A DNA stretch of 55,340 nt from Atractiella rhizophila (taxonomy: Eukaryota): the NCBI GenBank assembly GCA_021432655.1, contig MU271483.1:1-55340 (forward strand). The letters are read 5' to 3'. This document shows, in pieces, positions 1 to 12,639 of the stretch (position 1 is the first letter of the stretch; each line of letters begins with the position of its first letter). The position numbers and the translations under genes are program-made. The notes under the pieces were generated by a model. It worked only from the letters and a program-made list of their open reading frames with translations, was not told the origin of the DNA and ran no database searches.

Positions 1-500
1 GGCGTGTGGTAGAGGGCGTCAAAAGTTTCACGAACAGACATGACAGTCTCGGACGAATACAGCATGCCTAATCCATTTGTTGCAATCCTCTCAGAAGAAG
101 AACAACAGCAAGATCCCCGACGTACCTAGCTTGACGGCATCAGCTCCAACGTCACTCAGTACTGCTTTCAACTGCTGTGCTACAAATGCAGCTTCGACAC
201 CGACGACCCCATCTACACCATGCGTGTTCTGCGAAGTGAGGGCAGCTGATTTGGCATGTTGGCGTTAGAAATATTCAAAACGTGAACTTTTGAGAAGAGC
301 GAACTAATGACAGAGCTGCCGTAGCATTGAAAAGCGGTGAATGTTTTGAGGTCGGCTTGAATTCCTGCCCAAAACCAATCAGTTTTGCAATTTGACGCGG
401 GATCTGAGGAGAAACTTGAGATCAGGAGAAGAAGGAACTGACCTGCTCCTCCGCCAGAATCTGAACCAGCAATGGTGAGCACTCGCGGCAGGTTCTCCAT
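1..500 (-). CDS. THI20: Hydroxymethylpyrimidine/phosphomethylpyrimidine kinase (THI20/ThiD family), 5' part; continues off the window start
   Basis: Spliced exons read MENLPRVLTIAGSDSGGGAG|IQADLKTFTAFQCYGSSVI|TALTSQNTHGVDGVVGVEAAFVAQQLKAVLSDVGADAVKLG, the ThiD N-terminal signature. GT-AG introns lie between them. Confidence 0.92.
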
Positions 501-803
501 GTTTCTCTGCTACCCCCGTTAATATATCTACTGACCCGACCCTCTATCGTCACAGGAGGACGGTTGAATTTCGTTTGAAATTGAAATGACGCAAGTCAGT
601 GATCTCTTGCATGCCACTCACAGCTGTATTTTGTATTTTCGACGCACGAACAAGATACTATAAGGGTGGGTGGGCAATATAATCGCGACGCGAGCGGGTT
701 ATGGATTGTCGATGGAGGTTCGCATGCAGGAAGAAACATGACAGGACTAGAACGCTGCAACGGGATAGCAACTTGAGGTGTGTCGTAAGTCTTCAAGTTA
801 ATA

Positions 804-1283
804 TTAACTTTGACGTAGACCTTTAGGCTCCTGCCCTTTAAATTTCAATGATAGCCTGTGGGAGGCAGAGTGTTGAGACCGGGGCAACTTGATGAGCTCT
901 GGATGGTTTGCAGAAAGTGCCTGAGCATTCAACAAATATAAAATCCCGCTTCATAACAGAGGATTTCGCGCTGAAAATGGACTGTGACCCAGGATTGCAG
1001 TTCTATTATATCAGTCAGAAGGCAATGCAACCTTTTTTACTGTCCCCTCATAAAATCGCCTCAACCCCTCATTGCACCGAGGTCCTCCCGATCTCGCACA
1101 CTTTTCAAGATCCACCATTTCCCTAATCTTCTCCTTATCCCTTCATCAATAACAAAATCTAGATGCAATCCCTTTGCTATCGCTTCAAATTGCTCCAATG
1201 CACACATTTCGCAATCATGTGTAAAGAGATCACTTGTCGCCCAACTTCAGTGCTTTATTGACTTCCTCGATCTCCTGCCCATC
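804..1283 (-). pseudogene. Decayed coding-like frame, 160 codons, with 7 internal TGA stops; origin unknown
   Basis: Reads DGQEIEEVNKALKLGDK*SLYT*LRNVCIGAI*SDSKGIASRFCY**RDKEKIREMVDLEK...; all internal stops are TGA. No recognised domain. Confidence 0.4.
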
Positions 1284-2005
1284 CTATAAATTGTTGTTCT
1301 TCTCATGTGAAGAATGCCACGTCTTTGTCTATCCTCGTCATGTTCGGATATATTGAGGCCACAGAGAAGAAGCGAGCACGGACCTGAGTGATGAGCTTCC
1401 GCCAAGGTTATTCAGATCATCATGTACAAGAATATATTTTGTGCGCCTACTCATTTATGATATGACCAACAATGGCGGTATTGGTTTCCTTTCAGCACTA
1501 TCAAGGATCGAGAGTTTATGACGATTAATTGATGATCTCTTTCTTCTTCTTCATCCGCGGAAAGACCATCTCATTCCCTTGAATGAAGACGCAAGTTTCG
1601 GTAGAACAGAAGGCCCGGCATAAAGGTCCAATCGCTGGCCCGTCTTGTGGCAATGAGCCTGTTTGCTTGACTATGACACTGCCATGCCTGAAGGAGCACA
1701 ACGATCTAGGTCCTACTTAAACGAGCTATTAGAACGTGGGGGTTTTAGACTGGTCAGGTTGTAGGAGCAGAGGTGCGTTCAGACTAGTCATGAGTGTCAA
1801 CGAAGTAATATCTGTTTAGGGCATTCACAATGCCCAGAGTTGGCCTAAGTGGCTGAACACATAGACTAGTGATAAGAAGTAGATACATTGCAATTGCAGT
1901 GAGATGGCAATTTTGATTGGCAACTGACGTGGTGGATTAAGGAGAACACTTCCAACGATAAGACAAGAATACAAACAAGTAAATGGGCTTCAGATGATTT
2001 GTCAA

Positions 2006-4775
2006 TCATTTCCCAAGCAAATCGATCCCATCCATCCACACCTTTACACCACGGTGCAGTTCGACCCATTCCTGCCAATCTGGAAGACCGTAAAACCCTG
2101 TGAGATCCAACATGCCGTTCCAGATGTTCGCCATCTCTGCGTCAATGCCCAATCCTTGTGTGAGCATTTGGGTTGCGCCTGGCTGTTGTACGAGATCATT
2201 GGCTAAAGGAACGGGAAGTGGCTTCATGAATGATGCGTTGGGATCGAATGGCCTAAGAACCGGTTCCCCGTGTGGCGACCCTAGAATTGAAGCATCTAGC
2301 GAAGGTAGTTAAGAGCATCAAAATAAGAAACACCCACCACTACCTCCATACCCGAACTCACTCCCCAACCTACCAGGCGGAAATCCGTTCCTCCCGTTCA
2401 GGAGAAAATCTTCCTCCCTCTTCCTCTTCAACGGATTATCACCAAGCAAGTGGTCTCGATTCCTCCGTGAGCGACTGAGGAGAGCATTTGCGACCTTCAA
2501 CGTCTCTTTTACCGACTTGGGCTTCACCTCAATGAGCTCAAGAAGCGATATGGAAGATGAGATATCGCTCCTATGAATCTCGGCATGCGTCCCGTTAGGA
2601 TCTTGATAGACGTCTATAGCAAGGACGCAAAGAGCGTTACAACTATGATAGACGAGTTCCCAGCATCGGAGAGCGCGGGAATCTGCTCCTAGCCCGCGAT
2701 GCATAGCAAGTATAAAACGCCTAACCCCTGTCGTTAATCTGGCTATTCTTTGGAAAGAAATCCGAGCATGTACGCAGCCTGGGTCGCAGTGTCTCTGCTG
2801 AAAGCAAATCGGCCATCACCATATCCTCGCGTAACACTGTTTCACGTATTTAGACAAACTCTCCCCTTAGTATCCCTGAAATTCACTCACAATGGTCGGT
2901 GTAGTCGAATGTATTGCTGTTTGAGCATTAGATGCACGAAGAACCTCAAAAACTCGGGGGGGCCAGCATTCGCAGGGAGAGGTTTCGCCTGTCCTTGCTC
3001 CCATTCCAGCCCGAGACAAGGAGGCAAGCTCTGTTCCAAGCGGACGAGTTCATTATTCAGTTCTAAAATATTTTGGTAGGAAGGGATGAGCTGGAAGCCG
3101 AATGAACGATCCGTGATTTGTCTTGCTGCTGACGCAATCTGGAGTTTGAAAACGAGGTACAACATCATTGTAGGTGTTGCTACTGGCCTGGTGATAACTC
3201 CAGTTTCGGTAATATCTTCTTCACGTGCGTTTGCTGGCGCCTGGCAATATCAAACACCTTGAAAATTTAGTTAGAAGTGAAGCACGAGAGACCAACCATA
3301 GCATCATACTGCAGAGGAGCGCACATGTAGGTCCGCCCCGAGTCATGCAGCCAATCGGTTGAAACAATGAGCGCCCAAAGCCTCCGCCGATCTTCAATCT
3401 CGATATGATTGAACCTGGCAAGTTTGGTAGGGTCACGGTTTAGTCCCAACCTCTGACCAATCTGCTGCGCTATTGTCAGCAGTGCACCTGTTAACCACCG
3501 CCATCATGTCAATGGCAGCTGGCCAATAGAAAGGAGAGAATTTCTTGCCTGCAGTTTGGCTCTCGAAACGGGAAAAGAAGGCGTGAAGAATGAGTAGCGT
3601 CCGAACCGCATCCAAATTCGGCACTTGGAGGTACTTCGCGCAACCTAGTGCTTCCATTGCCCCGCCAATCAAAGCTCGCACAGTGGTATCTTGGGTGGGG
3701 TCGATCTTGGTACGGATGAGCTGGACCTGATCTGTCGCTCGCCAGTAGCTCACATATCCTGCGATGGCGAGAAGGAGAGAGATGAAGAACGGATCAGATT
3801 TGGATGTGATACGTTCCAACGCTCGATATCGAGCATTGAAGGTGGGGACGTGGAAGATGGGCAAGGTCCACACAATGTCGTTGATAAATTGTTGGACCTG
3901 AAGATCTAGCTCGATGCGTAACGGCATAATTGTGATTATTTGCTCCATATTCGCAGAAGAAGACGCGAGAGGGAAGACCGAAAACGATCGGCTTGGATCC
4001 TGTTAACACAAACATCAATTATGTAATTCTTGAGGTCAGGAAGAACTCTACACTTCTCTCTTCAAAGTTCCTGCTTGGCCCACCGCCACCTAGTAATCCT
4101 CCCATCCCGTAATCGGCTCCCGCATCGGTAGAGAAAGTGGAACTATGGAGCTGTCCCAGTAGACCTTCAAGCCTATCAAGCTGGCCTCTGAGCTCAAGAG
4201 CTTCCTGGTCCCTCATGGCATTCCTTTACGAAACTGTTTGATGAGTACTTTGCTTCGTGCAAACGGAGAAACATACGGTTGAGGGAGACGAATTGCATCT
4301 TCCCACGAGCACAGATGCCCTTCATTGCGATCACGGCACGCTCCGCAAGGATTCCCTCGGTCACACTGAGATATTTTTCACCTCGTCATAACCAAAACCG
4401 GAGAACTGGACACACTTTGAGTTTTCTAAATGCCCGGAACTTCTCAACATGCCACCCGAGTGTCAAAACAAAGCACGCACCGTTTTCTGCATTGCGCGCA
4501 AGTTACAGGCTACAGCAATGGTTTCTAAGCGTGCGCCATGTTTAAAAGGGTAAAAGAACCTTTCTGTTCCTCCTTTTCTTTGCAGGTTTCTCTCCATCCC
4601 CTTCTTTTCCATCTCCATGCCCATCCACTCCGTCCGCACCTAAAGGGTCGTCCAGATGCCCATCCAAATTCCCATCCAACTGTTCATCATCATAGTCCCC
4701 AGGATCAGCGCCCAAACCAACGGCAGTGTCACCTAAACCGATTGGGATATTGGGCGAGTCGTCCTCTTCTAGCAT
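2006..4775 (-). CDS. Zn(II)2Cys6 transcription factor with fungal-specific middle homology region (multi-exon)
   Basis: Spliced KKRRNRK|PVTCAQCRKR|KLK|CDRGNPCGACRDRNEGHLCSW, followed by a coiled coil (LRGQLDRLEGLL) and Fungal_trans-like motifs (PIFHVPTF; LGLNRDP...EIEDRRRLWA). Confidence 0.9.
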
Positions 4776-4977
4776 TTTTGTGTGTTCGTAATGGAGTTAT
4801 GGGAGTTAGGGAGATAAGGAGTTCATTGCACAAAAGGCACTTTTTATGGATTTTATTTCCGTCCGCAAATCATCCGCAGTAACATTGACCTTCCACCTCA
4901 CTGTTCGCCCGCGTTTGCGTCAAGCACCAACCCTTTCTTCTTGGGAAACTTCGCTAAGGAGAAGCAAGGACAACCAA

Positions 4978-7596
4978 TCACGAGTATCTCCTAGCCCTGC
5001 GAGGAGGAGAATCAAATTCCCGTCTCGGCGGGCTATCCCTATCTCTGCCTCTTCTATCAGGTCTTGGCGAATAATCCCTTTTGTTGCGTTGATGAGGTGG
5101 AGGGCTGCGACTCCTCGAATCCATTGACCTATCTCTCCTTTGTGGAGGAGAGTATGAAGGTGAATCACGCCTACCACGTCTAGGGGGAGAGTAAGAGGGT
5201 GAAGTTCGACCACGACCACGCGGAGCAGGCGAAGGGGATCGGGCTTGACGACGGCGGGGAGAGGGGGATCTAGTACCTCGCCTTCCACCGCGATGAGGAG
5301 AGGGCGAGGGAGATCTCGAATCACGCCCGCCTCGACGTTGACGAGAAGCGGGAGAGCGAGAACGAGCTTCACCTCGTCGACGAGCTGGTGGTGAACGTGA
5401 GCGGATATCTTGGCCATTCCCACGAGAGGAGGGAGAGCTGAAACGTCTCCTCCTGGGTGGTGAGCGTTGAGGAGTTCCAGAGCGAGAGCGAGAGCCGGTG
5501 GACGCTGTGTCGGATGTATCATCATCGGAAGACGTGTCACTATCGGAGGATGAGGATTCTTCCATTCGACGTTGCATAATAAGCTGTGGAGCATTCTTCA
5601 GGTGTTCTCTCATTCCTTCAGTCAGAATACCCTATCCCAGTATCCCGTTTCAGATATCGTCAACAAAAGGGCAATGAGACACACGTAAGAAAGAGAGGTG
5701 AAATAATTGATCGCAAAACGCGTATTCTTCGGGTTATCAGTCGGGAACATTCCAGTGAAGACCCCACTCATGCTGGGATCTTTGAATCTTTCCGCAAAAG
5801 TCTTCAGGCCAAGCATCTCCACGACCTCATGTAATAGGATTTTGATGAAGATCCTCGAGCTGCTTGTCGTATCGTCCTCGTTGATCTTCACAATCTCAAA
5901 GACCTCCCAGGAAACAGCGTCGCTGCCCAACAAATGTCCGAACAAACGGGCAATATTTCTTAAGCGATTGGTCTCAAATCGGTGGATCGTAGTGAAGTAT
6001 TCTTTGAAAGCTCCTTCGAAGCATCGACGCCAGACGGGGTTGAGCTTGCAGAACCGTTCTCCCATGAGCCCATAGAACTTCGAGTAGGTCCGCTCCTGAG
6101 AACAACACTCGATAATCATGTTGACTAATTCGATTTCTTCCCCATCCCTAAGCTGAAGCTTTAAAAGCTTGTGAACAGCCTCTTCGAAATCTAGCGCAGA
6201 CATGATCGTGAGATAGATGGTCCTTCGTAAGTTAGTGAGGTCCGTTCCAGTGTGGTCGTGGATCGCCACTGTGCCATCAGCTGTCCCTAAATCAGTTCCA
6301 GTCCCAGCGAAAAAGCAGAATGTGACCCACCTCCAATACCAGTCTCTGGCTCTTCCTCGCTTTCCTCCCCACCACTCTCACTGCTCTCATCGCTCCCACT
6401 GTCACCCAAAATCTCCTTCTTCATAGCCTCATACTTCTCCTCATTTTTCTCAAATTCCGAATCGAACTTGAAGACGTTAAGCATGTCCATCACTTGCAGC
6501 TCGTCATCCAAAGCAATATTATGACAAACGACGTCTTCATCCTCGACCAAATCAAGGCCGTCCGGAATTGTGACGTTGTCCTTGAACTTATCCTTCCTGA
6601 CCTGAAATAGAACTTCAATCTGGTATTGGGAGCGCTTTCCTATAGATAGGTCCTCGTTCAAAATCCGTCGAAACTCGTCAAAGATACCGTTCGTCGCCTT
6701 CGGCGAAACCTCTCCTAAAAACGCTCCAACTTCTTTCATAAAGCCTACAGCGATTTCGACACTGTCGTCCGAGACCTTCCCAAGCAAAAGTGCAACAATT
6801 TCAAGAGCCAAAAGTTCTCCTACGACTTGTTGATTGACAAGATGGGCAATGAAGAGGGAAGTTGCAATGCTGGTCGTCTTGTCGTTCCTTTTATAAGCTC
6901 GGCGGAATTGAGATACGAGACGAGTAACCAGAAGTTCTCCCACTTGGGGAAGCTTCGTGTTGATGATGGCGACCATGGAGGCGAAGACTGGAGTGAAGGG
7001 TTGGGAGGACGCTTGAGCTCGCATGACGGATCTGCAGAACAGACCACGTCCACGATGGAGGTTCTCGTTAAAGAGTTCAGGGATAATCATCTGATAAAAC
7101 ATTCATAAGCGCAACAGAAGTGAAAAAGATGGGCGTACCTTGATGTTCCCCACGTTGACTTTGTTAATCAACCCATTGATACTTTTCCGTAAAGCTTCCC
7201 ACGTCATTCGTTGATACGCTTCGCTCCCCTTATCGGTAGGGTTTTGCAGATTCATTTGAGCGAGCCGAAAAGGGGGGATATATGCACCTCCTCCTCTACA
7301 AACCCAGAATTCATTACCGATTCCCCAAACGACAAAAACGAGAAGGCATACCTAGTTAAAGCCATTTTTTCCATTTCCTTCTTCAAATCCTCCTTCTCCT
7401 TGTCTTTCTCCTTCTTACCCATGACCTCCGCCTCCAATTCTCGCATTGCAGCCTGACGTTCTCGTTCTCTTCGCCTCGAGGGATCCGCGTCTTGGATTTC
7501 GGATGGACGTGGCATTTTCACGCTCGGTCCTCCAATTGGGGACGTGGAGCGCTTGCGCTTGAGGTCCAAGGAGGGAGAAGGCAAGACTGCTGCCAT
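4978..7596 (-). CDS. CWC22: Pre-mRNA splicing factor CWC22 (MIF4G + MA3 domains, RS-rich C-terminal tail)
   Basis: [13 protein letters not shown]...[72 protein letters not shown]; Arg/Ser/Pro tail at 4978-5600. Confidence 0.96.
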
Positions 7597-9869
7597 GTTG
7601 ATAGTTGGTTTGTCGTTTCTGCGGTTTCTGGTGGCGAGTTGCGTTGATGCGGGTTAATGACTTTGAAGCATCATGATGCGCAAAAGATTAACTCAAATCT
7701 TGATACACTCCGCTGCGCAAATTGTATTGTACTTGAGCTAAATTTCGCATTCCACAGTCTACTCTGCCCATTTCAACGATCACTTCGGCAGCACTAATAC
7801 TCTTCAAATACCCTCTTCCGAACGACTCTCTGGACGAGCACTGTGGGTATTGGAAGCAACAGTTCTGAGTCATGATTAACGATAACAGAGGGATTGAGAT
7901 ACCAGTCTTCACGGTATGTGCTTACTTGTTTACTGCTCGCGCTTCTTTCCTTCTTAGAGTCTCTTTATATGTTGTTGTCACGGCGCGCGGACAAGTAAAT
8001 GAGAGTGCACAGTCTTTTTTCAAAATTTCATTTGTCCAACATCGTTTATCCTGTGCATTTCTGCCTTCAGGCTGAACTCGCGTGAAGATGTCATCCAAAC
8101 TGCATAAAAGCAGTGCATGCTCTTGAATCATGCGCGGTTCTTTCTTCACTCGCGGACCAAACCTTCTAAGCGAGGTTTATTGAGTTAGCAAGCGAAGGAG
8201 CATGCACTTTCAAAAAGACCCAAGCGAGCGGCTTCTTTGGTCTTGTTTTGGACCAATTTACAACTTCGTGCCTGCTGTACCTTGTTGCAACGCCTGGGAT
8301 GAGTTCCTAGTTCACAATAAGGTGCATTCGCTCCAAGGGTTGGTAAAATATCGAGGCGGTATGCTGTTAAGCCATGCAAAAGAAAGAATGGCTAATAACA
8401 GACTGCTTCCAAGCTTCCATCCGTGAAGGCTCAATCAGGCTCAGACCATGCCAGCTGTGAAGGGGAGCTTGCCTGCCACTCGATTTAAGACGCTCATTTC
8501 AGTTTTTTTCGGTGATTCGATGATCTGAAGAGAGAGCGGTAGAAACAGTGAAGAGGTGCAGCTTTGAAGATCGGCAGCACGTGCCCTGCATTTCAGAGGA
8601 TATTGTGGTGATCCTCAGCAATATTCTCCTCCCAAATCTAGCTCATTTAGCAAATATGAATACAAAAAGAGAATCTCCTGTCTTCAAGTGCCGCTGCTCG
8701 CCAAACTGACTGTCATTCACACTCGGTGGCTTTGACTCCTAGATGCCTTCTCAATTCTGTTTCTACCATCCAGTCTGACCATCTTTACACTCTTTAGGTA
8801 AGTAGACTACTTCTAGCATACCCTGAAGGCGTTATGAGCCCCAAATTTCTTGGATACGTTCGATTCAGACCGATTTTTGGTAAAAATTGGTCACAGAGCC
8901 AGCTCATCTGTTTGTTTTGTTTGGGCAGATATAGTCCCGATTCAGAGGAAGCGTCGTTGAAAAATAGCGTTAAGATCGCCTGAATTGATGTGTTTGAATG
9001 CGTGGCCGCGGCGGCTGCTTCATCGGTTGTGCGAGGTCCAGGACGGCTGCAAGAAGAGTACCACAAAATTATCTGCAGGTGGCAATATCAACTCGCTAGC
9101 GTCAATGGAACCGTACAATACGGATGTCGACCGCAGTGCTTTGGACAGCTGGGTGGTTATCTCAGGCGGCGTTATGAGGAGGTTTCGAACGAAGAATCGG
9201 AAGAAGACCTAAGAAGTGGCAGGGGAAGGACTCTCGGCACCCCCAGTGCTGGTAAGCTTTCAACCATTCGATACATCATGGAGGAATTGGTAGCGACAAC
9301 CTCTGGGGGATTTTGAAGCAAGTTCACTGAGGCAGACGCCTCTGAGCATACAATTCTTTTCGGTCCATCCATGTCTTGTTTCAGCCCGTTGAGTACTTTC
9401 ATTCCACTTGTTAAGAGGGCCAGAGAAACGTCTTTACTCGCAGAAATAGCTGTTATTTGGTGCATGAAAGCTCTTTCTGCCGTCATAGACAAAGCTATGC
9501 TTCAATATCACGTTCGGGATCGCTGACACCTCTTGTCAGAATGTTATCTCAAGTTGAGAAGGAGTCAAACTCTCTCCCTTCAGTGTGTCTCAACCTGTCG
9601 AACAACTCCAATGGATCATATCGGTAACGCTTATGGCGTTTGAACGCGCTCAACCGCAACCTGTTCGTACTCTCACCACAATCCGCTTAGATTACTGTTT
9701 AAAAGGCTGCAGCTTCTCTCTCTATTGTCAAGGTGGACAAGTGTAGTCACAATTGTACATCACACTATACACAATCTCCCCTGCTCGCACTCAGAATCGC
9801 ATCTCTACATTCATGCCATGAGATTGGGCTTCGTCAGACCTCTCCACCGGGGTTGCCCTCTTTTGACTG

Positions 9870-10607
9870 GGTGGCAAATGAGGGCTATGAGGGGGATGGT
9901 CCGTCATATGACATCAGTTTTGGGGAACTGGTTGGAGAGACCTCCTCTACGTTACGGTGTGAGTTTTGTTTGTCATTCCTCTCTTTATTCTACCCGCTTG
10001 ACATTCGTACCGTCTTGCGAATAAAGCTTGGACGTCGTCTCGCTTAGCTTAAAACCGCTAGGCGAAGCTTCTAGGTTCTCAGGTGGCAAAAATAACTGGA
10101 TTCCACTGTTTGAGAAGAGAAGTAGTGGAAGGTTCCGTCCAATGGTTGGATTCTTCTACACACGTGACGTGTCAAGCGTGTTTATGACTTCCTTCTGTTC
10201 AAGCTACCGCTTCGTTTCGCTTTCTCAGCGGGTATCATGAAAGGGAAGGCCCCGTGCCGATCTCGCCGATCGTCTTTTCGTCGTGTACTCCCATTCCTCT
10301 TGCTTTTGGAGGGCTGCAAGTAAGGTGGCAAGAACGCTTGTTGTTCGTGTGAAAGTAACCGTTCACGATTCAGAGCCCCCCACGACCCGTTCCTTGTTCG
10401 CGACGCGGCACGAATCAACAGGCTAATTTCCCTTGGCCTGAGCCTGCGCTCGTATTCGATATTCTTTTCTCGAAATTTGCCACCAGGGTGACAATACCTT
10501 TCTAATACTCAGCAATAAAGTTCTGCGAACAATTTTGTCGTCGCTTATCTCGTTTCTAAACTATTGTAGAGGCCTTCCATCGCTTATAAGCTCAAGCTAT
10601 CGCCACC
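9870..10607. promoter_or_regulatory. Cluster of GGTGGC(A/G)A motifs (PACE/Rpn4-like) upstream of a Zn2Cys6 gene
   Basis: GGTGGCAAA at 9870-9878 and 10082-10090, GGTGGCAAG at 10324-10332, TTTGCCACC at 10476-10484, ATCGCCACC at 10599-10607. Confidence 0.55.
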
Positions 10608-10677
10608 TTTCCATCGGTTAGGCACAAGTAAAACTTCGTTCCTCCTTGATTCGCTCGCCATTGTTGAGACGGAGATC

Positions 10678-12639
10678 ATGTTTGTGCCCTCGTCTGCAAA
10701 CGATGGTGGCGGAGGAACCGGTGGCGGAAACAATAGGAGAGGAGCCACCGTCTCATCGAGAAGGGGCTCTAAGCCCCGTTTCTCGCGAAGCAGGATGGGT
10801 TCGTGACATGACTGATTCTCGCTGTGTCACTCATTTTTTCCAAAGGTTGCTTGACCTGCAGGCAGCGACGTGTTAAATGCGGCGAAGAGAAGCCTTTATG
10901 CGCCAATTGTGAACGACTTTACCTCAATTGTGTTTATCCAGCCGCGGCGGAAGGTTCAGATGGGGGATCTCCAGACCACCCAATATCTCAACCAGCCTCT
11001 CCTCAGACAGGCTCGTCTCCGACTATGCAGTTTGTCAATATCGGACCTTCATCACTCCCTCCTATCGCCCATCCCGACATGCCATACGCTGCTTCGTCGT
11101 CAAAAGAGCTTGGACTTCCAGTTCCAAGTTTCGTTCGCCAATCGATGACGTCTGTTCTACCGTCAACAGACCAACACCATCTCCCTCACCCTTCTCGTTT
11201 CTTGGATGAATCCACAGCAAGTCAACCTGCTCGCCCACTTCCTCCCCTGATGTATAGCCCCGCGTTCGATGCCAGGCCGAAGAATCGCCCAGTTCTGGAA
11301 CAAGAGCCGATTCAGCTTTTGATACAAGATGCGCACTTGGTTCGACATTTCCTCGACATTATATCCCCAACGGCAAATGCAATTGAAGCCGTTCAGCCCA
11401 ATTTCTTCCTCACATTATTCAGTACAGCCTTATTCTGCCCTCCTCTTTACAGCGGTAAGTCGCATGCGTGATCATGGCGTGTCCTTGTCCCTTAGCTCAT
11501 CCTGCACACGTAGGCGTCCTCGCCTTTTCAGCTCTTCACCTAAGCCGGCGGACAGATAATCCAGATCTTCTCAGTCTGGCCCATTCCAAGCACCAACGAT
11601 CCTTAATGTTGCTGAAGTATCCATGGGAACCTGACAGTCATCTAAACGTCGATCTCGTTTTGCCAACTTTGGTCCTCTACGCTTTGTGGGAGACCACCAA
11701 TGGTACGACACCTCAAGCGCTGGATCTCACTTTCGACATGGCGCAGGAAGCGCTTATTTCAACAGGCCACAGTTTTAGCACTTTATCACTTACGAGCCAA
11801 CGCTGCGTCAACGTGTTGTCTCGCATTTGCCTCGCCTCTGGCTTCTTTGGAGCTAGGGCTCCTAGGCTCACATTTTGGATTGTGCAGCCCAGCTTTGGGA
11901 CTGCAACGCGAGAGGATCCTTTCCTGAACGTTCCAGCTGAGTCGGTTGGATGGTTGCAGTGCGTACCCATCGCTTCTCTCAGGCGAGAAGCAGTTCTGAC
12001 TCCAGGCCAGTTTATATCAATTCACTGCTCAAGTCATCATGCTAGACCGGGAACTCCAAAACCTTCGTGCCTTTCCCAATGCAGAGCAGTTTGACTCGGT
12101 CATGCAAGGAGGCAAAAACCTTCTGCAAACAATACTCGGTTTCAAGGACACACTCGATGGAAACGAGCTTGAACAGTTCTATGACATCCCCAACGTCCCC
12201 GTCATCGTTCTATCCACTGATCTCCTCAATCACATCCACAGATCTGTCACCTTCAACGCTCTCGTTATCAATTTGTCCCGTATTCTTAACATTCGGCCGG
12301 CATCTGTTCATAGTTCGAAAATCGTGACCGCTGCAGCGAGAATCGTTCAATGCGGCTCGGATCCTTCATATCATATCTTCCCTCGATGTCTCTTTTTAGC
12401 CGGCTTAGAGTCTCAAAATCCTCAGGACGTGCGTCCTCCCGTTCGTTGCCCTCTTTGATATGCTGAATATTGTACAGCTGCACTGGATATCAGCTTGTTT
12501 AGACGGGATGGCTTCGAATGGCTGGATTTCCCCCAGGCCGAAGCAGTTCATGCTGCAAATTCGTAACGAAGAAACCCGATTAGGTCGAGTAGAACTTGGG
12601 GAATCAGTTCTTCGATCGGAACATTCTGTTGTGCTGTAA
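10678..12639 (+). CDS. Zn(II)2Cys6 transcription factor with Fungal_trans_2-like C-terminal domain
   Basis: Exon 1 MFVPSSANDGGGG...RFSRSRM splices to GCLTCRQRRVKCGEEKPLCANCERLYLNCVY. Later exons read VLAFSALHL and FPRCLFLAGLES. Stop TAA at 12637-12639. Confidence 0.9.

Noticed and set aside
1..800. Possible TPP riboswitch near the thiamine gene
   Set aside because: No convincing TPP aptamer core was found in the introns or upstream region.
4920..5594. 224-aa alternative-frame ORF (Leu/Val/Pro-rich)
   Set aside because: Shadow frame of the low-complexity RS tail of CWC22.
7261..7290. Suspected frameshift at the C6 run in CWC22
   Set aside because: Careful reading gives a continuous [13 protein letters not shown] frame.
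9854..9886. Hairpin gccctc-tttg...caaa-gagggc
   Set aside because: Short imperfect stem expected by chance, with no RNA family features. The overlapping GGTGGCAAA motif is reported separately.
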